Made by a program: the position numbers and the translations under genes. From Squalus acanthias (taxonomy: Eukaryota): DNA of 64,000 nt. How positions within the stretch are numbered: position 1 is the first letter of the stretch; every line of letters begins with the position of its first letter. This document shows, piece by piece, positions 12,641 through 25,330 of this stretch. The stretch covers positions 126,296,001-126,360,000 of the forward strand of contig CM059431.1 in the NCBI GenBank assembly GCA_030390025.1, read 5' to 3'. The notes beneath the pieces are model-generated. The model ran no database searches. It was not told the origin of the DNA and worked only from the letters and a program-made list of their open reading frames with translations.

Positions 12641-13448
12641 TCTCAGTTCTAAAAGGGCGAACCTTTATTCTAAAACTGTGCCCCCGCGTTCTAGATTTTC
12701 CCACGAGGGGAAACATCCTCTCTGCATCTACCTTGTTGTGCCCCCTCAGTATCTTATATGTTTCAATAAGATCACCTCTCATTCTTCTAAATTCCAATGA
12801 GTATAGGCCCAGCCTGCTCAACCTTTCCTCATAAGTCAACCCCCTCATCTCTGGAATTAACCTACTGAATCGTCTCTGAACTGCCTCCAATGCAAGTATA
12901 CCCTTCCTTAAATAAGGAGACCAAAACTGTACGCAGTACTCAAGGTGTGGTCTCACCAATACCCTCTACAGTTGTAGCAGGACTTCCCTGCTTTTATACT
13001 CCAACCCCTTTGAAATAAAGGCCAACATTCCATTTGCCTTTTTGATTACTTGCATGCTAACTTTCTGTGTTTCATGCACAAGGACCCCCAGGTCTCTCTG
13101 AACTGTAGCATTTTGTAATCTCTCTCCATTTAAATAATAGTTTGCTTTTTTTATTTTTCCTGCCAAAGTATATAACCTTGCACTTTCCCACATTATACTC
13201 CATCTGCCAAATGTTTGCCCACTCACTTAGCCTGTCTATATCCCTTTGCTGGTTCTTTGAGTCCTCTGCACAACTTGCTTTCCCACCCATCCTTGTATCA
13301 TCCGCAAACTTGGCTACATTACACTCGGTCCCTTCATCAAAGTCATTCATGTAGCTTGTAAATAGTTGAGGCCCCAGCACCGATCCCTGTGGCACCCCAT
13401 TAGTTACCGTTTGCCAACCGGAGAATGACCCATTTGTCCTGACTCTCT

Positions 13449-14201
13449 GGGCTGGATTTTGAATGACCCATGGAGTCGGGTTTGGAGGCGTGTGGGGGGT
13501 TAAATTTGCGGGGTCGGGGGTCCCGACCCCATCCCGACTCCATCCCGCCTCCACGCAATTTTGACAAAATCAGTCGCGGGGTTCCCGACTCCGTCCCACC
13601 TCCAGGAGGAGGGAGAGGCCATTAAAGCCCTTAACAAGCTCTAAATTGGCTCTGTAATGCCATTTTGAAATGTTTTAGCTCGTTTAACCCTTTTCTGACA
13701 TGAAGCACGCCTGGTGTGAAACACTCCAGTGAAATCTGGTGGGAGAACAAGTGGATAGCTGACTATCGGCTGCAGGTCCACTATTACAACTAAGATGTGA
13801 TGAAGGTAGTAGTAGTATTGGGTGTGAAAGTCGTCTCTGATGCTGCTGCATTGAATGTCTTCAGAGACTGCATGGCATTTGGTGTGAGAGGACTTGGATG
13901 CAGAAAAAATTCTCTCTCTCTCTTCCCCCGCATATTTTGCATCCAGGTCCACTCACATCAAAAGCAAGCCAGGCAGGTCCTCTCTCACCAACAGTCTCTC
14001 TGAGACTAGGCAGTCAGCAATGATGACATCATCAGAGGCGACTTTCAGACTGAAAACACTAATTAGTTCATGGGTTCCCACATGCTGGAACTCAATTGCC
14101 CAATTAAGTGCATCATTCATCCACATTAATCTGGAGTCGGGGGGGCAACACGAAATGCGGATGACACGACCCCAACCCGACCCCAAGACAAAATCCAGCC
14201 C
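13449..14201 (-). mobile_element. Harbinger-type MITE, family A copy 2
   Basis: 12-bp TIRs; exact TCT TSD; removing it restores the CR1 ORF2 sequence. Confidence 0.93.
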
Positions 14202-14691
14202 TCTGCTTTCTGTTAGTTAGCCAATTCTCTATCAATGCTAATATATTACCCCCAATTCCGTGAGCTCTTATCTTATGCAGTAACCTTTTATGTGGCACCT
14301 TATCGAATGTCTTCTGGAAATCTAAATACACCACATCCACTGGTTCACCTTTGTTCACCCTGCTCATTACCTCCTCAAAGAACTCCAGCACGTTTGTTAA
14401 ACATGATTTTCCTTTCATAAAACCATGCTGACTCTGCTTGACTGCATTATGATTTTCCAAATTCCAAAAGTATCTATTTCTGCATCATGCATTTTAAACT
14501 TAGCTAAGGCTGTAAGATTCTACATGTTGTGATATTTATCTGGCAGTATAAACAAATGTAATGTCTATGCTACAAGTGAGAGAGTAAGAGAGTGTGAAGG
14601 ACTGTCAGAAAAAAACAAATTGTGGATTCAATTTATACTGCCTGTATAGCTGGATGACAAACAACTGAAGATATTGTAAGGAGAAACACAT

Positions 14692-16668
14692 AAACGTGCA
14701 TTTATATCAGGCCTTTCTTGACATCTGATAGTGCTTTACAGCCAATGAATTAATTGTGTATTGTAGTCGCTGCTTTTTTGTAGGCAAATGAACCAGCAAA
14801 TTTGCAGATGGCAAGGACCCACAAACAGCAATGATAAGTTAATCTGTTTTTTGGAGCTGATGGTTCAGGGATAAACATAGGCTGGGAGAAATCCTCTGCT
14901 CTTCTTCAAATAATGTCATGGTTTCTTTTATGTCCACCTAAGAGAGCAGACAGACATTGGTTTAACATCTCACCTGAAGTCAAACACCTCCAACAATCCA
15001 TCATTCCCTCACTACTGCAATGAAGGCTGCGATTTCGCCGACCGAGGCGTGTCCGGGGCACCGGGGTCGGTGTCGCGATCCCAGCCTGCTGCTGACTGGA
15101 GCCCACACTCTCCAAGTGATTTTCTGTTGATGGGGCTTGTCACAGCATGCAGGGAGGTTCGCTTCCCTTCCCATGGGCTGAAGAGACCTCCCCAGGACAC
15201 CAACGCAGCCTGGTTGCACATTGCACAGGAGGGCACAAGCAGGGATGTTGTCAGGAGGACCAGGCTGCAGTGGCGCAAGCCTTTCAATGATCTGAATAGA
15301 TCACGAAACGTTACTGCCAAGCCACACTCAACCTTATCTTGCTGTGCCTCTCAGCACATCCCCAGCACTCTGCCTTCCCTACCCTACTCCTGCACATCCT
15401 TACTCACACCAACTTACCTTGCACCTCCACCCATCCATCTCTATCTACATTATCACTTCCCCATCTCACTAGACCACCCCTCACACTCATCCTCATCCTA
15501 CTGCAAGCATACAAACTAACAACACACAAGGGTAGGCACTTGGGTGCTTTAGCCAATGTTCATGTGAAGTTTCTGTTAAACATTGAAATGTGTTGTCAAA
15601 CATTGAAATCTATATTTTCAACACTTTACATTATTGGACAGATCTGTGCTCACCTTTGGAAGTGTCTTAGTGAGTTCCATTGAATGTTGAGACATATCTC
15701 CCCCCCCCCCCAAATTGTGATGAGTGTGAAAGGAATGGCTTGGACATTGTTGGGATGCTTTATGGTGCTGGTGTGGGGTGGTGTCAACCTGGCACATCAT
15801 TTGTCAGCCAGGGTGTACAGCATCAAGTGAAGTAAATCTAGCCATGGTGAGGCTATCCCTGGCCTCCCAGGCAGCAATGTTGTCAGGTGCTGATGCCCTG
15901 TGTCTTGTGCAGCATCAGGTGATTGTGGAGAAGGCTGGTGCTGTTGTTGGTGATGTTGGTGTGTCTGGTGATGTTGGTGTTGGGCCTGATCGTGGAGGGA
16001 TTCAGAGGACCAAGGTGAGATTTTTTCAAGGGCACTGATTTTGCTGGGATAGCTGGCAGCTGAAGTTGAGATGACAGAAGCGATCTGTCAATGTTGAGAG
16101 AGCTTGCTCCAAGGAGGTGACAGTGGATAGAGAGTTTACTCCAAACACTTCCAAACTGTATACAGCTCAAAGTGTTTTCCAAGTCCTGAAGGCTCAAGCT
16201 TCTGACATTGGAAACTGAACAGCTGTGAAATGGTAGCTTTCATACCACTTTTGCAGCTGTCACCTATTCACAGCAATGGGGAGACAGAGAACCTGACTTA
16301 CCTACCTGACGTGATCTCTGAATGGCGTGAACCTCGTTAAAAATGAGGTAAAGTAGAAATAGGCTGGCAAAATAGTAGTTAACAAGCGTTTAACAAGCAT
16401 ATCTTAAATGCCTCGCCCGCCGCTTGGTGTCGGGTCTGTTCTGAAATCGCAGACTTGACACTTTGGAAACTTACATGGAGGCGGGTCAACCCGCTGTCAA
16501 TCATTTTGACTTTGACAGCAGACCCGCCTCGAACCCGCCCTCTGAGCGGCAGCAAAGTCGCGGCCGAAGTGTCGGCCTAGATTCTGCACTCAAGTCTTGC
16601 ACTGGACCTTGAACCCATGTCCTTCTCACTCAGAGGCAGAAGTACTACCACTGAGCCAAGGCTGACAC
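14692..16668 (-). mobile_element. tRNA-derived DeuSINE (SacSINE1-like), split by a Harbinger derivative
   Basis: Minus-strand A/B boxes (GGCTCAGTGG..GGTTCAAG at ~16610-16660), Deu-domain-like core, and 3' end ATTGGCTGTAAAGC...ATATAAATGCA. Family assignment is from recalled consensus. Confidence 0.75.
15025..16565 (-). mobile_element. Internally deleted Harbinger derivative, same family as 3899-8064
   Basis: TIRs GGCTGCGATTT / AAAGTCGCGGCC; exact GAA TSD inside the SINE; retains Myb/SANT exon 1 (AAWLHIAQE..QWRKPFNDL) and fused transposase N- and C-terminal remnants. Confidence 0.88.
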
Positions 16669-19234
16669 TAGAGTAAGTAAAAGCCATCAAATAGAGGACA
16701 GATTTTTACTGCCTTGAAATTATACAGACACTTAAAGCATTTGTCTGAGATTTCTCTCTGCTACTTTAGCAATATTTAAAATAAAAGGATCAATGTCTCC
16801 ACTAAGTATTCATACACTAGTAACACACAGCATAATTTCAGGGCCTAAATATTTTCAAGGATTGATAGGCCACTGCAGAACTTACAGGTGAGCACATGCA
16901 GAAATGATCTCGCTCTTTTCATTCTATTATGATGAAAGATCAAAACTGTTATATTTTGTTATAGATATGAGTTAAAGTTTGACACTTTCAGTAGAGTTTT
17001 GAACATCTGAGAGTTCTTAACAGTAATTACACAAAACATCAAACATTAGCATAGATTCTCACATTTTCCCCTGAAATCTCCCCATTTACAATGTATATTC
17101 CTGGCTAAGGAAGTAAGCTAGAGACCTGGGAGTAAATACTGATTTGAGATTAATTAATGGACGGAAAATGAGTAGGAAGATCAGACACCCACATTCCTGA
17201 TGCACATCCATCAATTGTATCACTGGAAGATCTGTGCCAGGAGTGCTGAAGGCACAATTTATCCAGAATCCAAACCTCCCACTCTAACTACTAGTAGATG
17301 CATAAGAATGACTGGCCCTCTGATATTCCCTCCTTCCTGATAGAAAGGACCCTGGACTCCTCTCTGGGTGATGGCACAGCTGAGAGTGAAAATGCACTGT
17401 GTACAAGGTCAGGCCCTACCGTTCCATGACACAGAATATTTGATTTTCAAAGGTACTCTGTATTTTAATAGAAAATATTACAGATTGTATATCAGAACAT
17501 ATGTGCCACATTATATCACTCATTCCAACATCCAATTTATATTAAATAACAGGATATTAAGGCCCAATTAGTTATTAAAAGAAGTTAGGAAATTATATGA
17601 AAGAACTAACTGGTAAAAACAAAAACTTTGTAAATGACTTGTTGTCGGCAATTTATTTTTAATGCATTATTTGCCAGGGACTGATCCACATTACTAAGGG
17701 ACGACATTACTAAGGGACAACAATAAATGTTTCTGGTGGATGGAAAGTTGCTCCTCTAAAAATAATATTTTATGGTCAAAAAAGGAAAAGAAACATGGAA
17801 TTACATTTGATGCTACAAATCTTGCAGGTCTGGAAATATAATGTCCTCTTTTATGTACTTCATCTTTCAGGAATGCAGAGAAATGGTGACCCATATTCAT
17901 TTGTTAAACAGATTGTATACAACCTGACAGTGATGTAGTACTATGCTTAAAACAGCATATGGTCACGAGTAATTAAGGGTAATTAATGCAGTGGGTGTCT
18001 AACAGTCACAGAATAGAATAAGGGTGAAAATCTATTGTTTAAGGGAATGAAACATCTGAAGGCTGGAAACGGAAATGTGATAACATAAATTTACACAGTA
18101 GCTCTGAAAAGATACTTGTCATATTTATTTGTCTTCCTCAAACAAAACCTATTTGACAGTAGGTTTTATCCAGGTACAAATTTATGAACTGTAATAGATA
18201 ATCTGATATGAAAGCTTCTTGACAGAGCTGATTGGTAGCAGTTGCCAGTTGCTGCTATTTTTTTAACCTTTTATCGCAAGGTCCCTTTGACATTCACCAA
18301 TATGTCTAATGGGTTTATTGTGACAACGTGCAACTAGACCAAACAATCTACTCAATTGAGTGTGCCAGTAAAAGAGACAAAATGTTGACTTCCATTTGTC
18401 TTCACAAGGAAGCAGATTCCCATTACCAGAGAGGTAGTCATTAAAAGCAGCATCAGAGAACAGCTGACAGCATCTCCAGAGACTAAAGGCTAATCGCCTC
18501 ACATTCTCTGGATAGCCACTGCAAAGAGAATTATTGCTAAACCGTTGTGAGGAAGATAAGCATATAATAACAGCACAGATGGTAGAAAATTGGAGCAAGG
18601 GCAGTTATTTGCACAGAAAGGTATAGCTTGGAGGTTTGAAATGCTCGAGTATATTCTTTTTATTTATTTTTTGCCTTTCTTTATTACATAGTGTAACAAC
18701 AATATGTAGCTGGAGACAACTTATATCATCACAGGACTATAGGATACGAGGATAAAATTGGCAAGGCTGAAGCAAGACTAAAGATTAGGAGACATTTTTA
18801 TTCCTGAAGTGGAGGAAATGTGGTATAGATTCCACTAATAATAGTTAATGCTTGTTGATTAACTCCTTCAAAATGGAGCTGAATAAATGTCTGTTTGTGA
18901 AAGTATTTGCAGATCATGAATACATATATAAGCATAGAGGAAGATATGTGTCGGCAGAAATGAGCAAACATTCAATAAAGTAGTATAGTGGCACTCCAGT
19001 CTGGCAATATGAATATTATGTGTGGAATACAACATGCTGGTGTTTAGTAATGTTAAATTCATATCTTGGGGTTTTCATTTAATTGTGTTTGGTGTTAGGA
19101 AGAAATTTCTCTATTTTATCATCTTGGAAGATAAGAATATAAATTGCTTCTTAACATAAATATACCTATGAATGTGCTGCTTTTAGGAAAGAAATTAAAT
19201 TAAGGGAGAATTCAGGGCAGCACAAACTATACGG

Positions 19235-19600
19235 AACTAGCTGGCACAATAGATTGTACACTCACTATTCATTACTGGAAATGTTCAAATCCAGCCCAGT
19301 CTAATGGAATAAACATGTTCGTTGTCTGTTGACTGGCAAGGCCCCACATGTGAAATAAACTTGGACAATCTGAATCCAGTTCCTCATGGGCATAGGCCGA
19401 CTGCATTCATTTGAACATTTCATTCAGAGAGGCCACAGAACCATTGCTGTTGGAGATGGAATTGTTGCACCGATGCAGTAGGGAGTGCTCTTCTGAGGTC
19501 AGAGATAACGCATTGCGGCAGAGTAAAGAAGCCATACTTTGCCACCATAATTATTTTACCCCCTAACTAGGCTACATCAGGTGCGGGAGTGAATTATTCT
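19235..19600 (+). mobile_element. Ancient LF-SINE-like element
   Basis: Collinear blocks GTTCAAATCCAGCCCAG, ATGTGAAAT, TCCAGTTCCT, CAGAGAGGCC, GGTCAG..GCATTG..GGCAG match the LF-SINE consensus as I recall it. Confidence 0.6.
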
Positions 19601-19779
19601 GAAACTAATGACCAAAATGAAAAGAAGTTCTATTTTCTGACACTAAAATCTCCCACCTTGGCAAGCATAAAAGTTACCTTTCATTCTACATACAAGAGGC
19701 AGAATTACAAGTGCAGCCATTACCAAAGATATAGAAGTGGTGTGTAAAGCTTCATTGCACGTACTCCATTCAGATGCAT

Positions 19780-21125
19780 GGAATTGATACAGAATGCTGA
19801 GAAATCTTCTGTTCCTGACATAAATATGGAAGATTTTCTTAGGCATCGGAGAGCAAAATACCTCCTACTGAAAACTTCCATAATAAAGTTAGTGCAAATG
19901 CAAGATATATAAAAGAATAGACACATAAACAGTATAGAAGGGAAGCAAAAAGGAAAATTATTACATTTAGGAAGCAGCATGAAAGTAAACAGCAGAAAAT
20001 AGCAAGGGCTTTGTTAGGTGCATCAAAAGTAAAAGGTTAGTCAAAGAAAGGTCATCTTGTATCTGAGAGTGAGGAATGTTCGAAATGCTTAAGAAGTATT
20101 TTGGTATCTGATTTACAGAGGGAGGTGAAAGTTGGATTGTAGGAATACCGGAACAGAGTGTGGACGAGCCATTACTGGAATTAATATTCAAAGAGCAATA
20201 CTAAAAATATTAATGGGACTAAAAGTAGAAAAACCATGGGCCTGGAATTTGTGGTCGTGATGACGACAAAGTGGAAGCGATTGCCGCCATTCCGCCATTG
20301 AAACTAGCTGTAACTTCAGGACCTGGCATGTGTGCAGGCGCATGCAGAAATTCTGGCATTGCGGTCTGTCATGCAGCTCTGACACAGGCTGCGCTGTGCA
20401 CCCACCCAACCCACCGCGCCAACCACACAGAGCCGGCAATCTGTGTAATCTCTCAAATCAGGGAAACTGGCAAAAACTTCGGCTCTTCTGCAGTAATTAT
20501 GCTGTTAAATTCCCCACTAAAAGTTAGACCCAAAGGGATTAGGTGTAACTGGGGTTTTAACAGCGTATTGACTGCTAAACAAAGGCTAAGGGCCTGAAAA
20601 ACATATTTTAATTTTGTGCGGTGTGAAATTTGTGTATTTTAATTTTAAAAATTTACATTTGTTTTTAAAGTTTGTCCATCCTTATTTCAGGTTCCCCATG
20701 TGAAAGCCCCAATCTTTGTTTTGCTTTCTCTAACGTTTTTAAAAAGTTCAAATTTTTAGAGCTTATTCACTTACTTTTTCGCTGTCTGTGAGAATTCTGC
20801 ATTTTGATTGGCTGTTTAGACAGCTTGTTGATGTCACAGCAGTTCGCACAAGGGAATCCCCACTAACCTCCGTTGATTTGAATTGAATGTCGGAAAACCC
20901 GAAGTTCTCGACACACAGGTCGGCATATCCTTGTGCGAAGTGTACTTTGGGGCCAGCGGCAAACACCTTAACTTCGCCGCTGACCGCAAATTTCAGGCCA
21001 TGAGGACCAGATGGCAAGTATCCCAGAATTCTGAAGGATGTTGGGAAAACAATTAGGAAACAAAAATTGTGCCAAAGGGCTGGAGGATGGCAAATGTTAC
21101 ACCCCTGTACAAAAAAGAGGAAAGG
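19780..21125 (+). mobile_element. Highly decayed CR1 ORF2 fragment, split by a MITE
   Basis: LK-V-E-K..GPDG..P-R-I-L-K and GWRMANVTPLYKK remnants on either side of 20239-20999. Confidence 0.7.
20239..20999. mobile_element. Harbinger-type MITE
   Basis: ~18-bp imperfect TIR GGCCTGGAATTTGTGGTC / GACCGCAAATTTCAGGCC; exact ATG TSD. Confidence 0.85.
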
Positions 21126-21136
21126 GAAATGTCAAG

Positions 21137-22782
21137 GGCCCAGAAATTCAAGATCGCAGGAAACCTGCCGGTGGCAAAGTGGGCCGCAGTTAACAGCCGC
21201 CAAAATTTATGGCTCCAGTGCCCAAAGAAGCTTCATGACCTCAGATCACTGGTCAAGGTCATTGAATGCATCTTCAAAAGCCATCTCCTATCAACTGCAT
21301 CACTAGCCTCACACACTGCTCAATGCACGACCCAACCCCCACCCCACCCCCCCAACAACAATCTGTACCAAACACGAGGCACACCGCCCATTCCTAGCTT
21401 GACCTCACCCCCTTGGAGGAGACGGTGCAGACCATTCTTGCCAGGGGCATGGCTGAGCCCTTGGCCAGCGGCGGGGCTGAAAGGATACAAGATGCTGGTA
21501 TCCTCATACGTTATCCTCCTTTTCGCATGAACCTCTTGCTTTCCTGCCCTCCCCTCACCACAACTCCACCCTTGTGCCTTCCTCATTTCACACACCCAAG
21601 AAATGCAGCCTGCCCAGCCAGTGGTTGACCAAGAAGAGGAAGAGGAGAGTGAAGAAGAAGAAACACCATCTCTTGATTTGACACTCCCAGCCACCAGCTC
21701 CTCAAGGCCGACCAGCAAGGCCTTTTGCAGTGTCCCCCACTGAAAGTCAGCAGCCTTCCACCAGCCATGCTGCAGCCACTAGGGTAGCACTGCGTGACAT
21801 CAGTAGGATAGGCAAAGGCACACACAAGACAGTCACTAAGAGAATGCATATGGGTGATGAGTTGATCTCTTGATGTCATATTGGATGGATAGATGTATAA
21901 AGTTGGATTGGAAACTTTGCTTTGTGGTGGCTTTTATTTCAGCTTTGTGGCCAAGAGCGTGCAGTGAGGATCAGTAACAGAGGGAAGATAGGGTGTGGGA
22001 CTAATGTTGAACAGGGAATTGGGATTGTGATCACTGGTACCGCAGGCAGACGATTCCATCCCGGATATCCCAGCCAGGAAAGGGATGTCTGGGTTGCATC
22101 CTTCCTTTTGCTTCCTCCTCTCTGCTTCCTCCTCTTCTGCTTTCTCCTCTTCTGCGTCTTTCTCTTCCCTCTGCGAGCGGATACTGGAAATCTGAAATAA
22201 AAGCAGAAAATGCTGGAATACTCAGCAGGTCAAGGCATCATGTCAACCTGAGACGTGAACTCTGTTTATCTCTCCACAGATGCTGAGTATTTCCAGCATT
22301 TTCTGTCTTCTCAGAGGCCTTCCTTTACCATCCGAGGCCTTGCAAGTGTCCAGCAGCACTCCCTGCATTCCCTACGCACTTTAAAAACTTTTAACATCTA
22401 TTGCACCAAGCCAGTACTTCAATAAAAAATGTTAAAATTCTGACCAAAAGCTTAAATGCAAGCTTACCTGAAAGATGTGTGTGTCCCTTTAAGAAGTGCT
22501 GATAGCATCTCTGTCGCTCTGCTGCACGCTCACTTTTCAGAGCGAGCTTAGTGAGCGAGCGCTAAACTCAGTGCAAAGGTTAAGCCAGTGTTGCATGCTG
22601 ACTGATGTCACGCTCTCCAGATTTGCATATCCAGGGCCAGTGCTGCTAATGGCAGCGCTATAGCCCTCACCAAAATGGCAGTCACTGAGAGCCACACCAG
22701 TGGCAGACGTTAGAGTGACAACCGCCATTTTTTTCAGGAATATGCCACTAACGGGTGGCAGTAAGTAGCCCAAATTCTAGGC
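21137..22782. mobile_element. Old, deleted Harbinger derivative
   Basis: Myb/SANT remnant (WAAVNS..WLQCPKKLHDLRSLVK, MEETVQTIL), acidic stretches and TIR-like ends GGGCCCAGAAATT / AAATTCTAGGCC. Confidence 0.55.
22178..22310. repeat. Decayed copy of the Penelope-like palindromic repeat (same family as 26339-26560)
   Basis: CTGGAAATCTGAAATAAAAGCAGAAAATGCTGGAATACTCAGCA ... TGCTGAGTATTTCCAGCATTTTCTG in inverted arrangement. Confidence 0.7.
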
Positions 22783-23384
22783 CAGTGAAAATAGAGTCCA
22801 AGTAATATTGCCTGCATTGTGGGTAAACTTCTAAAGCAGAATTTACATCAGCTGCATCACTATTGGATAAGGAGAATCAGGTGAAACCTCGGCCCTGTGG
22901 GAATGCATTGGATTTGAATCCTGATTCATTTTCCAATGGTTGGGACCAGCAGATGTAGAAGTCCCCACCTCAAAAGGGTTGCCATTTCATTTTAATATAT
23001 ATTTATGAGGCATAGCAGACCTCGGTAATTTCCATAGTTCTGGCGAACAGGGTACCTGACATTAAGAACACCCATTTTAAATAGGCATCCATTGTTTTCT
23101 CTGTATTGGCACTTTGATTCTCATAAGCCTGTGTGTCAACTGATGAAAACATACTTTTTTCCCCCAGCACCATCACAACCACCAATGGGATTCTCCTATC
23201 CAGCATGGAAGAACAGAGGTATGTCAGACAGGTCAGGTTACATGAGGGATGCTCTATGGCGCCAGACAGAGGTGAACGTGCCTCACTTTGATAGATGACA
23301 AGTGCAGGTGGAAGTTCACCTTCCTAAAGGAAGCTGGGATAGTAGACCAGATGGCATCACTAAGATTGGTGATTTTATTTAGTT

Positions 23385-23500
23385 TTCTTTTGGGGCATGG
23401 ACATCGTTGGCAAGGCCAGCATTTATTGCCCATCCCTAGTTTCCTTTGAAAAGGTGGTGTTGAGCCGCCTTCTTGAACCGCTGCAGTCCGTGTGGTGAAT
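23385..23500 (-). mobile_element. 3'-end fragment of a LINE (CR1/L2 group)
   Basis: GCAAGGCCAGCATTTATTGCCCATCCC...GAGCCGCCTTCTTGAACCGCTGCAGTCC; the minus strand reads like an ORF2 C-terminus followed by AATAAA. Confidence 0.55.
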
Positions 23501-24051
23501 GTCCTCTCAATGGTCAATGCTTGACCAACCGTAGTGCTGGATTCTTCCTTGGAATATACGCCCATCACAGTATATCCTGTTTTCAGTGGCACTGCATCAA
23601 CAGCCAGTGTACCATGATCAATGATCCCGTTAAGCTGCATGGCCGCGCCGCAGTCTGGAGGTCCTGCGCAGGCTGCTCACCGACTTTTCAATGGCAATAA
23701 CCGCACAGGCACAAAGATTTGAATGGGCCAGGCAGCCAGTTAAAGGGCTCAGACACGAAAAAAAAATTGCAGGGAACATTGACCATGATTGGCCACAGCT
23801 GCCAAAATGCCGTTAATCATGATTGCAGGCCTTGCCATACCTACCTCGCAATGTCAATGGACAACTATCTTCTCACAGTTTGTATCAGGAGATAGGTAAA
23901 TGCAGATCTGTGGCATCAGCCGCAAGGACACCTGCAACATAAAGTGGCACATCCAGTGAAAGTCACACTTAATTGCAGCCTTAAGCCTGCCTCCACCTTC
24001 TTGCAAGAATGCTTCAATGTGACCCTATGGGGAAAGTGCTGTTGACACAAG

Positions 24052-24800
24052 GGCCGGAATTTTATACTGGAGACAGGTAGGGAGTGGGGAGGCTGCAATG
24101 CGTTTGGGAAACCTAGAAGAACGGGTTTCCCTCAGGCCCTGCCAAATTTAGCAGCAGGGCCTGATTAACATTTAGACTTTCAGTTTTCTGCCCGCAGCCA
24201 GCCAGATGGCAGAGGCTGGCTGGCTGTTGGGCTGGTAGGCCTGCAGCACCAGGCCACAGAGAGGAGGGAGGGAGGGATCAGAGGGGGGCAGCGGAGTGGT
24301 GGGGGTGGGGGGGCGCGGTCGAAGGATGGAGATCATGGAGGGGTCAAAGGATGGAGATCATCGAGGGCTCGGAAGGCTGGAAGTTGGAGGGGGTGCCGGG
24401 GCAGGGGATTGAAGGCCGGAGTGGGGACTGGAAGCCTGCGGGGGGCGGGGGGGGGTGGGGGGGAGGGGGCAGCGAATTAATGGCCGGAGGGGGGGATCAG
24501 AGGCTGGAGTGGGAGTCGGGGGCCGAGGATCGAAGGCTGGGAGGGAGGGTCAGAGATTGGAGACCTCGTGACAGGGGAGTTTGGAGGCCTCGTGTGGGAG
24601 ATTGGGGGCAGATCGGAAGGGTCAGAAGGGGGTTATCCAGTCGCGGGGGGTTGGCGAACCAGGAACGCTGGATCCAGCAGGTAAGTGGAAAGGTACTTAC
24701 CTCCTGGATCCAGCAGTCCTCGCCTTTCTTTAGCTGTCGGTTTCTCGAGGTCAGGGAATCCTGCCCATCCACAGTTAAATTTAAAATGAAGCGTGCATGA
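24052..24800. mobile_element. GC-rich MITE-like element with G-rich interior
   Basis: Starts GGGCCGGAATTTT (TIR-like); contains CAGGTAAGT..ACTTACCT; right end overlain by a SINE fragment. Confidence 0.5.
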
Positions 24801-24811
24801 GCCCTTTAACT

Positions 24812-24945
24812 GACTGCACTTCCTCAGTACTGCACTGGAGTGTCAGCCTAGATTTTTGTGCTCAAGTTCCTTGAGTGGGATTTGAACCCACAACCTTCAT
24901 GACTCAGCAGGCGATAGATGCTTCCAACTGAGCCATGGCTGACAC
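24812..24945 (-). mobile_element. DeuSINE 5' fragment
   Basis: CTCAGTACTGCACTGGAGTGTCAGCCTAGA...GGGATTTGAACCC...ACTGAGCCA (reverse tRNA-like boxes). Confidence 0.75.
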
Positions 24946-25330
24946 AATAATATTTAAAGTGCCAACCCGACTCCTGGGAGTGGGTTGGCTGCACCCCCAA
25001 CCTATCCCCACATCCTGCCTCCGTTAAAACTTGAAATGGGCGGGTTGGAGGTGGTTTGAGGTCAGGATTCAAATTTTTAATACTTTGACCTCCCACCTGA
25101 CCCCAACCCACCCACTTTTTGGGTTAAAATTCCCTCCAAGAGACCATCATCCTTGCAAAGATATTACACAGCAACATCTCCTCTTTAGAGCCACTATCAA
25201 ATATGCTTGGTTGCACTATAATTTGCTAGCAGACTCATGCCTCCACTCTGGGTTTCCCTTCACCTTTATTTTTACCTGTCAATCTTGCCAAAGTGTTGAG
25301 GTGCCTCCTGAGGATCTCCAAAGACTCATC

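Larger units (their letters stand above)
11250..14460 (-). mobile_element. 5'-truncated CR1 LINE interrupted by an LTR (11511-12640) and a MITE (13449-14201)
   Basis: (TTCTTATG)n tail at 11250; RT motifs [54 protein letters not shown] are collinear across the insertions. Confidence 0.92.

Noticed and set aside
13072..13554. 160-aa ORF with a novel N-terminus fused to RT
   Set aside because: Chance read-through from MITE A into a decayed CR1 frame.
16590..16668. tRNA gene
   Set aside because: The A/B boxes belong to the head of a tRNA-derived SINE; no intact cloverleaf.
24255..24660. G-rich tract as a Gly-rich protein or special G-quadruplex locus
   Set aside because: Low-complexity interior of a MITE-like element; similar tracts occur at ~380-560, ~10540-10660 and ~45890-46050.
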